Assembly (NCBI GenBank): GCA_002269645.1
Contig: NIVC01001886.1
Location: forward strand, 115,128 to 179,127
DNA length: 64,000 nt
Direction: 5' to 3'
From: Macrostomum lignano
Lineage: Eukaryota
Shown in pieces: positions 37,332 through 48,900 of the stretch (the stretch's first letter is position 1; each line of letters starts with the position of its first letter). The notes beneath the pieces were generated by a model, which was given only the letters and a program-made list of their open reading frames with translations, made no database searches and was not told the origin of the DNA. Position numbers and translations under genes: made by a program.

Positions 37332-40300
37332 TTAGTGAATTCCGAGAGCGTGCTCAAGTTCCTGGCGACGCTGAGTTACCTGAAAGTGTAAAGTTAAAAT
37401 GCAGAGAAACTGGAGACTTCAAGCTGATTCAAAACTGCACTAGAATGCACAATTCCGAGAGTCTCTCACCTTGCTAGAGAAGTACCGAGTGGCGGCCTCG
37501 TGCAGCCAGCTGTCCTGATAGAACTCGGCCCGCCTCTCCTCCTCGGGGTTGCCAACCAGATCCGTCATAGTCTTCAAGTCCTGCTTCTGCGACACTAGCC
37601 AGCTGGTGATGAACTGGCGCGGATCCTCGGTGAACTGATTGAAGAAGTCGCGGTGCTGGGCCATCTGGTTGATCTGCTCAATGGTGTCGAACAGTTTTGC
37701 ATCGATGATGGCCAGCTCCTGGGCGCTGGACGTGTTAACTAAGAAACTGTGCGCCATCTGCTTGTAGGGATCGTCAACTTCAACTTCGATCTCGTAGCAA
37801 GCGGTCTTCTTAGCGCCGGGCTCGTTGGAGATCAGGTGATTAATCACAATGGGATCTGGCGGCAGCAGCAGCTGGTGCAGGCGCTGAGGCACGTCGGCAA
37901 AGCGAAGCCGCGGCGGCGGCTGCTGCTGCGGATCGAGCCGGAAGGCTTCGGCCATGCCGGTATCGCAGACAATATAGCTGCGCTCCTGAGGATCCTGCAG
38001 CCGTTTGGTCTTCACGTAGTGCCAGAATGCTAGCAGAATCTGGGCCTTCGTGCCCGACTGGATGCCGAGCAGGCGGGACAGCTGCGGCTGCAGGCGGAAC
38101 TGCGGCGGCTGCTGGTCCAGCATCAGCAGCACCGTGCACTTCACCGGCTTGTCGCCTGGGCGCTTCACCTGACACGGGGATTCGCGTGCGGGATTCGGTG
38201 TTGATGGCAATGAGCTCAAGTCTGAGATATGGATAGCGAGAGTCACGACTGAGACAAGGGATAAAAACAACAGAAACAGGGGATAAAGACACAACTGAGA
38301 CAAGGGATAAAAACACAACAGAAACAGGGGATAAAGACACAACTGAGACAAGGGATAAAAACACAACAGAAACAGGGGATAAAGACACAACTGAGACAAG
38401 GGATAAAAACACAACAGAAACAGGGGATAAAAACACAACTGAGACAAGGGATAAAAACACAACAGAAACAGGGGATAAAGACACAACTAAGAAAGGGGAT
38501 AAAGACACAACTGAGACAGGGAATAAAGACACAACTGAGACAGGGGATAAAGACACAACTGAGACAGGGGATAAATACACAACTAAGAAAGGGGATAAAG
38601 ACACAACTGAGACAGGGGATAAAGACACAACTGAGACAGGGGATAAAGACACAACTGAGACAGGGGATAAAGACACAACTGAGACAAGGGATAAAAACAC
38701 AACAGAAACAGGGGATAAAGACACAACTAAGAAAGGGGATAAAAACACAACTGAGACAGGGGATAAAGACACAACTGAGACAGGAGATAAAGACACAACT
38801 GAGACAGGAGATAAAGACACAACTGAGACAGGGGATAAAAACACAACTGAGACAGGGGATAAAGACACAACTAAGAAAGGGGATAAAGACACAACTGAGA
38901 CAGGGGATAAAGACACAACTAAGAAAGGGGATAAAGACACAACTGAGACAGGGGATAAAAACACAACTGAGACAGGGGATAAAGACACAACTAAGAAAGG
39001 GGATAAAGACACAACTGAGACAGGGGATAAAGACACAACTGAGACAGGGGATAAAAACACAACTGAGACAGGGGATAAATATACAACTAAGAAAGGGGAT
39101 AAATATACAACTAAGAAAGGGGATAAAGACACAACTGAGACAGGAGATAAAGACACAACTGAGACAGGAGATGAAGACACAACTGAGACAGGGGATAAAG
39201 ACACAACTAAGAAAGGGGATAAAGACACAACTAAGAAAGGGGATAAAGACACAACTGAGACAGGGGATAAAAACACAACTAAGAAAGGGAATAAAGACAC
39301 AACTGAGACAGGGGATAAATATACAACTAAGAAAGGGGATAAAGACACAACTGAGACAGGGGATAAATATACAACTAAGAAAGGGGATAAAGACACAACT
39401 GAGACAGGGGATAAAGACACAACTGAGACAGGGGATAAAGACACAACTGAGACAGGGGATAAAGACACAACTGAGACAGGAGATGAAGACACAACTAAGA
39501 CAGGGGATAAAAACACAGCTGAGACAGGGGATAAAGACACAACCGAGACAGGGGATAAAGACACACCTGAAAGCCATCGGTCTCCTGTGTATTAGGTGAC
39601 CGGTGCCACTCAACCAGGTGATTATCCGGGCCGTACAGAGTTTTGTCCAGCTCGATGACCAGACTCTTGAAGTAGCTGGAGAATTTGCGCTTAGCTTTAG
39701 CCGAGTCCCCGGCCCCATCTTCTACTAAGCGGCCTTCGACTCGAACTTCCCAGTTGGGGACAACTGGCTCGGGACCGCCAGGCTCGGCGCTTGGATCCGT
39801 GCCCGGATTGAACTGGTTGCTAATCAGAATGCGCAGCTTGCGGCGCAGCTTTTGCGGCTTCTTCTGGGCCTCTTGGATGGCCAGTTTCTTGCGCAAAATC
39901 ACCTGGTTTAATATGAGGGGGGGGCAGTTGTTACAGCCTTCAGTACATTAGTAGAACTGTTGGGCTCTTTGCTAGCTCCAGATATTAAGTTGCCAACACC
40001 GTACCTCTTAAAAAGGAAGAAGCCACTCTTAATAGCCTAGCTCGTGTCTTTACCCGTCTCTCAGATGTGTCTTTATTTCCTATCTCAGTGGTGCCTATAT
40101 CCCCTGACTTAGTTGTGTCTTAATCCCTTGTCTCTGTTGTGTCTATTCCATTTCATTTTTATCAATATTTCAACAATCAAATAATAACAGTCAGGTAAGT
40201 ATTTTATCTTGGTATAGTTACTTTTTGAATCTTAATTACCAGAGTTAGACTTACTCGAAACTCCCCAAGCCTGAAACTCCCAAGCTCAAAACTTCACAAG

Positions 40301-41060
40301 CTCGAAACTCCCCAAGCTCGAAACTCCCCAAGCTCGAAACTCCCCAAGCTCGAAACTCCCCAAGCTCGAAACTCCCCAAGCTCGAAACTCCCCAAGCTCG
40401 AATCTACGACAAGGTGAAATTCCGAGATTGCGAAATCGACCAGGAGCCCAAAGCCAGACGGACCACAACTCTTATCAATACGTAAAAATGTACCTGGTCC
40501 AGCTTCTTTTCCAGTTTAAGCAGCTCCATATAGCTGGAAGATTCCGGCACCAGCTGTTGGATTCGCTCAGACAGCAGCCGGTCAGCGTGACGGCGCTTTC
40601 GTTTAGCTGATAGCATCGGCATACCAGACTGTTGCTGCTGCTGCTGCTGCTGCTGTGGCGGCGGCCGGGGTGGCGGATAGGGACCACTGCCGCCTCCTCC
40701 CGGCTGCATGTAGCCCGACGACTGACGCTGCTGGGACGAGACGCCGCCTCCGCCTCCGCCGCCGCGTCGAGAAGACGACGACGAAGAAGTCGAGGATGCT
40801 GAAGTCGGCGGAGGCGGCTGCGGCGGCGGAGCCGGACCGACTTGAGCGGGCGGTGGCGGCGGCGGTCCTGGGCGATATTGGGCAGGCGGCCCGCCTGGCG
40901 GCATTGGCGGATAGCCTCCAGGGGGTGCGCCGCTTCCGCCGGCTGCGGCAGGGCCGGGACTGCTGGCGCCTGGCGGGCCGCACGGGAATGCCGGACGAGG
41001 CTGCATATTGTTTGAATTGTTAAACTGCTGGCTGCAATGGGTTGGTACCATGTCACGCAT
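37332..41060 (-). CDS. SMARCD: SWI/SNF subunit SMARCD/BAF60, about 549 aa; exons 41060-40494, 39902-39567, 38168-37470, 37379-37332
   Basis: Motifs [68 protein letters not shown] domain, and [37 protein letters not shown]. All introns are phase 0 GT-AG. Start codon uncertain (41060 or a downstream ATG). Confidence 0.95.
38250..39566. repeat. 24-bp minisatellite (GACACAACTGAGACAGGGGATAAA)n filling SMARCD intron 2
   Basis: About 55 units starting at the donor GT. Confidence 0.96.
40044..40143. repeat. Four degenerate inverted copies of the 24-bp intron-2 unit, in SMARCD intron 1
   Basis: GTGTCTTTACCCGTCTCTCAGATGTGTCTTTATTTCCTATCTCAGTGGTGCCTATATCCCCTGACTTAGTTGTGTC resembles the reverse complement of the 38.3-39.6 kb unit. 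Confidence 0.75.
40255..40402. repeat. 16-bp minisatellite (GCTCGAAACTCCCCAA)n
   Basis: About 9 units in SMARCD intron 1. Confidence 0.92.
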
Positions 41061-41154
41061 TGGAAACACATTTATCGATTAGGAGAGCAGAGAACTTGCT
41101 ACTTTCTAGGAAATACAAATTTCAATTAGAGAAATGGCGTAGACCAATCACTTC

Positions 41155-42422
41155 AGTGTGGCTTCTACCGCTTACTCAATATCACGGGTCCCCCAGTGTG
41201 GCTTCTACCGCTTGCTCAACACGGGTCTCTCAATGTGGCTTCTACCGCTTACTCAATATCACGGGTCCCCCAGTGTGGCTTCTACCGCTTACTCAATATC
41301 ACGGGTCCCCCAGTGTGGCTTCTACCGCTTACTTAATATCACGGGTCCCCCAGTGTGGCTTCTACCGCTTACTCAACACGGGTCCCCCAGTGTGGCTTCT
41401 ACCGCTTGCTCAACACGGGTCTCTCAATGTGGCTTCTACCGCTTACTCAACACGGGTCTCTCAATGTGGCTTCTACCGCTTACTCAACACGGGTCTCTCA
41501 GTGTGGCTTCTACCGCTTACTCAACACGGGTCTCTCAATGTGGCTTCTACCGCTTACTCAACACGGGTCTCTCAATGTGGCTTCTACCGCTTACTCAACA
41601 CGGGTCTCTCAGTGTGGCTTCTACCGCTTACTCAACACGGGTCTCTCAGTGTGGCTTCTATCGCTTACTCAACACCACGGAGTTTCTCTGTATGGCTTCT
41701 ACCGCTTACTCAACACCACGGGGTCTCTCAGTGTGGCTTCTACCGCTTACTCAACACGGGTCCCCCAGTGTGGCTTCTACCGCTTGCTCAACACGGGTCT
41801 CTCAATGTGGCTTCTACCGCTTACTCAACACGGGTCTCTCAATGTGGCTTCTACCGCTTACTCAACACGGGTCTCTCAGTGTGGCTTCTACCGCTTACTC
41901 AACACGGGTCTCTCAATGTGGCTTCTACCGCTTACTCAACACGGGTCTCTCAATGTGGCTTCTACCGCTTACTCAACACGGGTCTCTCAGTGTGGCTTCT
42001 ACCGCTTACTCAACACGGGTCTCTCAGTGTGGCTTCTACCGCTTACTCAACACGGGTCTCTCAGTGTGGCTTCTACCGCTTACTCAACACGGGTCTCTCA
42101 GTGTGGCTTCTACCGCTTACTCAACACGGGTCTCTCAGTGTGGCTTCTATCGCTTACTCAACACCACGGGGTTTCTCTGTATGGCTTCTACCGCTTACTC
42201 AACACCACGGGGTCTCTCAGTGTGGCTTCTACCGCTTACTCAACACCACAGGGTTTCTCTGTGTGGCTTCTACCGCTTACTCAACACCACGGGGTTTCTC
42301 TGTATGGCTTCTACCGCTTACTCAACACCACGGGGTTTCTCAGTGTGACTTCTACCGCTTACTCAACACCACGGGGTCTCTCAGTGTGGCTTCTACCGCT
42401 TACTCAACACGGGTCCCTCAGT
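41155..42422. repeat. 37/40-bp minisatellite (GTGTGGCTTCTACCGCTTACTCAACACGGGTCTCTCA)n
   Basis: About 34 units immediately upstream of SMARCD. Confidence 0.96.
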
Positions 42423-43313
42423 CCCTTAACTACCTTAATACTTTGGATATTATTAAGAAATTGAAAATTCAAATTACCCAGCATTCATGTTAAATACACG
42501 GAGAAACGATGCAGATAATACACACAGATGATAATATACTCAATGAAATGAGATCGCAGTACAAATGAATATTACAACGATTGCAACAAACTATTTCCGA
42601 GACATATCAGAGATAACAGCATTAGGCATAGTAATTATTTAAAAAGTGAATAAAATGCATAGCAAAACCAGAGCGGGAAAGAAGAACGTGGTACCTAATA
42701 AAAATACATGTAAATTAAAAAATCTGCTAGCAATGGCGATGAATTTACACGGTCAATTGTAACCTTTAAACGAGTGCAAGTTGATAAAACATTTTAGAAA
42801 CTAAAATTGTAATTGCTAGCCGTTGCCAAATTGAATGTTAATCAAGCCACGCTTTAAGTAGCAGACAGAACCAAAGGATTATCTAAATTATAGATTATCT
42901 ACTACGACGGCGTTTCCAAATACTTTTGATTGATACTTTTGCCTACAAATTATTAATGCACAGTGTTTGCAGAGAACAAGTTGTTTGTTTAAAACAAACG
43001 CTCAATAATCAGGCTGACACGTTAAAGAACTTTTTTTCAGTGAATTTTAACCATACAAAGAACAAATACTTCAAGGATAACTTAATCACTTACTCATTGT
43101 AAAAAAAAGTATGTGACTCGTTTAAAAGCACTGTCCTATGGCCAAGCCTAACTGAAGATAAGGCTACACGCGAATGTAGCATGTAAGTTTGTGGCTGCAG
43201 TTAAGAACGGGTCTATGAGAATTTCCCGTGAGAATTTTTCCCGGCGAGGTTTTCCCGTAGGGTTTTTCTTCCTGTGGGAAATTCTCGTGCTCCCGTAAGA
43301 ACCTATCCATAAT

Positions 43314-43359
43314 CATGCTTGGGCGCAACCTAGGGATTCACCCTGCCGTTTCTATTGGC

Positions 43360-43408
<49 letters not shown>

Positions 43409-43527
43409 GTCGCTATTGGACAGAATACTAGTCACGTGACTGCTCTCAGCCAATAGCGACTTACATGTGTGTGTGTGTGTGTTGTCAATAGAAACGGCCG
43501 GGTGAATCCCAAGGTTGCGCATGCATG
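43314..43527. mobile_element. Foldback MITE with (CA)n/(TG)n arms and central GTCACGTGAC palindrome; ends related to the CATACATGCGCAAC family
   Basis: Arms GCGCAACC..GGGATTCACCC.GCCGTTTCTATTG.CAAC(AC)nATGTAAGTCGCTATTGG are inverted around 43430-43440. No clean TSD. Confidence 0.75.
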
Positions 43528-43847
43528 CAGGTAATGCTTTACGAGGACTAAGTTATTAATAGATCGGGCCTCCAAATTTCGTAGTTCCCCGTCCCTAGTT
43601 ATTGAGTAGTCCCTGGTTCATGCACAACCTAGGAGTACTTTGCAACTCTATGGGTCAAATAGTTAAGCACCAGTTCTTATTAAATTAACACATACAAAAC
43701 AGTTTTAAAGAGCTAAGAGAAGCGCCTGTTAGATAAATTGCTTGAATCTAGCAGCAGACACAACTCGTACTCAAAAAACACCTTATAGTCCCCTTCAACA
43801 CTACCCGTTACAGTTAAATACAATAAGTACAGAAGTCAATGCATGAG

Positions 43848-44810
43848 TCAATCAATCAGAATCGGATGGTCGGCATCGTTGGGCTCAACTAGCAGCGGCA
43901 ACTGCAGGCCAGATGGCTGTTCTAAAAAGCCCAATTCCCGGCCGCCGCTAGTAGACGTGGAATTAGTGAGGCTGCCAAAGTTGATGCCGCCAGTTCCTTT
44001 ACTAACGGGCAGGGAGGCTGGCAGAAGCGTCAATGACTGAGCCGACACCGCGGACTCTGGCAAGTCAGCCGAGCTGACAGGCCGAGTGCCCGGCCCAGTG
44101 GCAGACTGCTGCCGTAACGGTCGCAGGGTGATCTTCACAAATCCGGCATCGTCTAGCTGGACTCGCTCAGTCCTATACTGAGTGTGCACCTGCGGCGCTA
44201 CCGGCCGCTGCGGAGTCGGCGCCGGCTTCCTAACAACAGTTGTTGTTGTCGATGAGGCCTCGCCAATTCGAATAATTTTCACAGTTGAAGACGACGCAGT
44301 CTCAGTAGCCGGCTGAGTAGGAGTCTGGGCAGCGTGAGCTTGGGTCTGATTGGCTTGGCTAGGACTAATATGGGTTAGCGATATGGCCGGGCTCTGCTGA
44401 GATTGGGTGAGAGCAGTCAGGGGCTTCAATGGCGATATTTTAGGCAGGCCTGGCCGGTCGCGTTTTGACGGCACTGACGCAGAGTTCTGCGACTGCGACT
44501 CGGCTGCCGGGCGTTTCAATTGCGGCATCGAAGGCGGCTTGCCGACACTGATTTCAACAATGGGAAGCGGCGGCCGCCGTCTGGGCCGTTGAATAGCTTC
44601 AGCAGATCGGCTGACAGCGTCGGCGTGAGCCAGCAGCTGATTGAACAGGCCGCGTACGTCCTCGGCGGATTTGTCCGAGCCCAGCTCGACTTGTAGAGCC
44701 TCGGCAAGGCTGGCCGGCTCGATGGCCGGATTGGATTTGACCAGCCGGACGGCCAACTGCAGCTCATGCGGCTGCCAATCGGACAGCAGCGACTGCACGG
44801 CGGCTATCAT
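43848..44810 (-). CDS. Intronless 320-aa protein, N-terminal SANT/SNAPC2-like region plus S/T/P/Q-rich tail
   Basis: GC-rich ORF with acceptor CTCCGCAG 8 nt before the ATG. WQPHELQLAVRL..KSAEDVRGLFNQL..AEAIQRPRRRPPLPI resembles the SNAPC2 N-terminus (recalled). Confidence 0.65.
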   Translation of the reverse strand: MIAAVQSLLSDWQPHELQLAVRLVKSNPAIEPASLAEALQVELGSDKSAEDVRGLFNQLLAHADAVSRSAEAIQRPRRRPPLPIVEISVGKPPSMPQLKRPAAESQSQNSASVPSKRDRPGLPKISPLKPLTALTQSQQSPAISLTHISPSQANQTQAHAAQTPTQPATETASSSTVKIIRIGEASSTTTTVVRKPAPTPQRPVAPQVHTQYRTERVQLDDAGFVKITLRPLRQQSATGPGTRPVSSADLPESAVSAQSLTLLPASLPVSKGTGGINFGSLTNSTSTSGGRELGFLEQPSGLQLPLLVEPNDADHPILID

Positions 44811-45120
44811 GCGGCGGGCTGCGGAGTTGAAAATTCTTTTATTTACATTCCGTTTACACTACTTACACTAGTAGGCAGTAGCAGCTGTTCAATTAGATTT
44901 TTCCTATCGGTTGGGTTGGTAAAGTATGTTTTAGTGTACGGAAATTGTCTATAAAAACCTGTCTTCCAATTTGCGCCTATATAAAAGACCCTATCCACTG
45001 GCTGCCTGAGGATGATATATCAGATGATGAGGATGATGCTCAGGGGTCGCTGGCTGCAGTTTGACTGTCGCCTTGATCTGCGGCTGCCCCCTAGCAACTG
45101 CAGCTGTATTTCACTTAGCA

Positions 45121-45362
45121 CAAGAGTCGGCAACACATGCGGCCCGGGAACCTATCTATCTGTTCACGGCCCCGGTCCTTTGAAACTTCACAATAGCTCA
45201 AGGTCTCTTCGTAACTCTATTACCTCCATTCTCTTCTCTTTTCTCCTCTCTCATCCCTCAACTCGTTTGTCTCCTCTATTCCCTCTTCTCTCTCATCTGG
45301 CCTGCAGTCATTAGCTAGGTTCTTCACCTGACCCTTGAGGCAAAAAAGTTTGTCAACCTCTG
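45121..45362. mobile_element. hAT (Charlie/Buster-type) MITE, 8-bp TSD ACTTAGCA
   Basis: Ends CAAGAGTCGGCAAC..GCGGCCC and AAAAAAGTTTGTCAACCTCTG; exact TSD at 45113-45120 and 45363-45370 with central TA. Confidence 0.85.
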
Positions 45363-45902
45363 ACTTAGCATCTTGATGCCTATTGGTCTCTTGATTGTGG
45401 CATAGGAAGAGAACTAAATTTTATTTAAAAGCAAAATAAGCTTGGATAAAGCAGTTTCAACAAATGTCAAATAATCAAACGGAACAAATGAGATTTTTTC
45501 ATCTCTCGTTAAATAGTACTGAACTTATAGTTTAGTCAATACAGCAGCTTATTGTAAAGCAACGCAGCGAAATTCAAATAGGCAGATTGTATGCAATCAT
45601 CCAGAATCAACTAGGAAGTGCTTAAGTAACAAACAAAGGACTTAGTATTTACTTCGCTGAATATACGAGTCAAAATGCAATTGGCATGGCACGCAGTTTT
45701 AATGTAACATAAAATGTTCCAGTATTTCTTACAGTACATGTTAAATTAAGGCTATATAGACTGATTATAGTGAAATTTTGTTATTACATATGAAATTTTA
45801 CTAGTAGATATTTGCTTTGAGCAATTAAAAAGACCATATCGTATACTTAAAAGTAAGCTTGAAAAAAACTCTACGCTTTAAATTAACATTTCTTTGTCGG
45901 TA

Positions 45903-48900
45903 CTAACCGCTTCTGGCGCCCGGTGCCGCGGTAGCTGTCCCTGACGCTGCGGTAGGTGTCATTGGCGCTGCGGTAGCTGTCCTTGGCCCAGGAATAGCTG
46001 TCCCTGGCGCTGCGGTAGCTGTTCTTGGCCCCGGAATAGCTGTCCCTGGCGCTGCGGCAGCTGTTCCTGGCGCCGCATTAGCAGCTGTCCTTGTCGAATC
46101 TGTGGTTACCACAGACTTCACATACGATGAAATTGGCACCGATAGCTTAGGCCCAACCCGCTTAGCATAACCGGCTTGCACTAAATCTCGCGCAGACGTG
46201 AGTTCAGGCTCAGGTACTGAGCTACTATTGCGGTAGGTTCTGGCCCGACCTCGGCGCGCTAGCGGCACTTTTGTTAGCTGCTTCTGACCAAGATAGACTA
46301 CGCTAGTCGCAGTAGAAGTCTCTACAGCTGGTTGAGAACTAACGCTAGCTGACTGCTGCGACGGTGGCGGAGGCAGATTCGGTAAAGAAATATTCGCTTT
46401 CGGCCGCTCGAAAACTGGCGGCCTCGCAACCCGATGGGGTATGAACTTGTTCAAATTAACCTTGAACGGATCGACCATGACTGTTTCGGTGCACAATGCA
46501 CCCGAGCCGCCGCTGACGCTGTTCTCTTTGCCGTGAGTTGGTTTAGTTTTGCTTATAGATTTTGATGCAGGCGGAGTCTGCGCTACCGACTCAGCACTAA
46601 TTACCTGCTGAGTTTGAGCACTGCTACTCAAAAAATGCGATGGCTGATCAGTCGATGAAGTAGCTGCATCAACTGGATTAGCCGACTTATTGAAAGAATT
46701 CTCCAATATAACAAACTGATCTAATGGCGGCTCTACTACTCCGACAATCTCGACAACTACCCGCTCTACTGTAGGCTTAGTTGACTGCTGCTCTTCGGCT
46801 GATATTTCAACGCTGGATGGCTCGTTTGGCGGCAGAGTTTGAGACGGCTGGTTAGTGAGATCAGCCTGCAGCTCACCTTCTCCAGGAGCGCACGCCTTCT
46901 TAGCCTTGATGGGAGGTTGTACACCCGGCTCTTCTTCATTAGCCGCTTGTTCAACGGCTGCACCATCGTCTGGTTGGACAGCTGCCAACGAGTTCACAGT
47001 CGCAATCGATGAAACAGACTGGGACTTATTCCCGGCTAGCAATGTTCTGCGCCTTTTATTACTTCTAATACTGCCCGATGTTGCAACAGACTTGGGTGTC
47101 TGAGACGGCCGCTTAAAAGAATCAGCCTGTAGCATACCTTCTTTAATAGCGCATACCTGCTTAGCCTTAGTGGAAGGCTGTGCACCTGACTTTTCTTCAT
47201 TAGCCGCTTGTTCAACTGCTGCATCATCGTCTGGCTGGCCAGCTACCAACAATTCCTCAATCGAGCTGGCATCAATCGATGAACCAGACTGGGATGTCTC
47301 CGATGGCAAAGTTCTGCGCCTTTTATTACTTCTACTGCTGCCCGCTGTTGCAACAGACTTAGGTGTTTGAGAGGGCCGCTTAGAAGAATCAGCCTGTAGC
47401 TCACCCCCAGGAGCGCGTGCCTGCTTAGCGTCAATGGAAGGTTGCACACCTGGCTCTTCTTCATTAGAGTACGCTTGTTCAACGGCCGCATCATCGTCCT
47501 GTTGGCCAGCTGCCAACAATTCCTCAATAGAGCTGTCATAAGTCGATGAAGCAGACTGGGATGTCTCAGACAACAAAGTTTTGCGTCTCTTATTACCTCT
47601 ACTGCTGGCTGCTGTTGCAACAGACTTAGTTGTAGCCAATCTCAGTCTTTTTCTACCTGTTTGCTTCTTTGTAGGACTAGGACTCCTTGATTCCTTCATC
47701 GACTGAGCCTTCTTTGATGGCCGACCAGCACGCTTTTTAACAGTCTTCCGCTTTTGCGTCGATTTCTTTGCAGCAACGGCAGCAGCCGGGACGTCGCTTT
47801 GAATCTTCCGAGGCCTGGCGCCATCGGGCCGCGCCGAAGCCACGGCGGCGTAGGCGACACGCCTAAAGGGCTGCTCTTCATCAGACTCGGAATCGCACAG
47901 GCCGCGCAGCAGCAGCTCTTTGGTTAAGTCGGCCCGGCTAGTCATATAGCGCTTCATAAAGCTACTACTGCTAGTAGTAGGCGCGTCTTCAGCATCGATA
48001 TTGAATTCTTTTGGTTCGGCATCGTTGCTAGGGAACGAGGCCAATAGCTGGTCGGACAGATTCAATGGATTCACGCTATACTCCGCGTAGTCAGCCAGCA
48101 AAGCGCACCGGCTTCGAAGCCAGCTGTCATCGACTGCATCTTCGTCAGCAACATCATCGCTCCTAGCAGCGGTGGACGCTTTCGAGCTGAGCGGCATTCG
48201 CAGTAGCGATTGAAGACGATCGCGAAACACCGTAGCCCGAGGCAAGCTGGCAGAGGTGTGCGCCAAGCCAAGCAGGCGGTACAGACAGTCGCGCTGCTCG
48301 GTGGCCGACTTAGCTAACGGTAGAAGGTCGGTCAGCATGCCGAGCAGACGCTTGCAGACTGCCGGAGACACACTGTCCAACCCAGTGGCTGGCCGGCCGT
48401 CCAGCAGGCTAGCTAAAAATAAATAGGCCTCGGCAAGCTGCCCGGAGGCCGTGCTAGCTGATTCAATCAGCACGTCGGCCAGCTCAGTTGAGAAGTCCAG
48501 GCCGCCGGGTACAAGATCGTCTAGCATGCACAGGAATGCGTCCATAGATGTCGGATTGTCGTCGGTGGCACTTCCGGCACAAGAAGTATCGGCAGACTGG
48601 GTCAGATTGGAATACCTGGCAATGCGTTCTAGAAGAGTTTCAACATCGCGCGGCTTCTTGTCTGTGCCGGGTACTCGGCGGAGCAGGCGAAGCCAAATTG
48701 CCCGAGCGCTGGCCAGATGCCAGTTGTCAAGGACGTCAGCAACAACGGCTAGCTCCGCTTGCGACCAGCTGTACAAGCTGGCATTCAATTTGGCGGTCAT
48801 CTCATTGCTGACTGAGCTGCTGTCAGCAGTAGCGAATTCGTGATCTTTAGAGCCGCTTGCGGCTGCACTGTGCGCCATTGGTAGGCCGTCACTGCCAGTC

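Noticed and set aside
37840-39718. 491- and 574-aa Cys/Val-rich ORFs
   Set aside because: Read-through of the SMARCD intron 2 minisatellite.
41042-42493. 369-483-aa + strand ORFs
   Set aside because: Three-unit periodicity of the 37-bp repeat.
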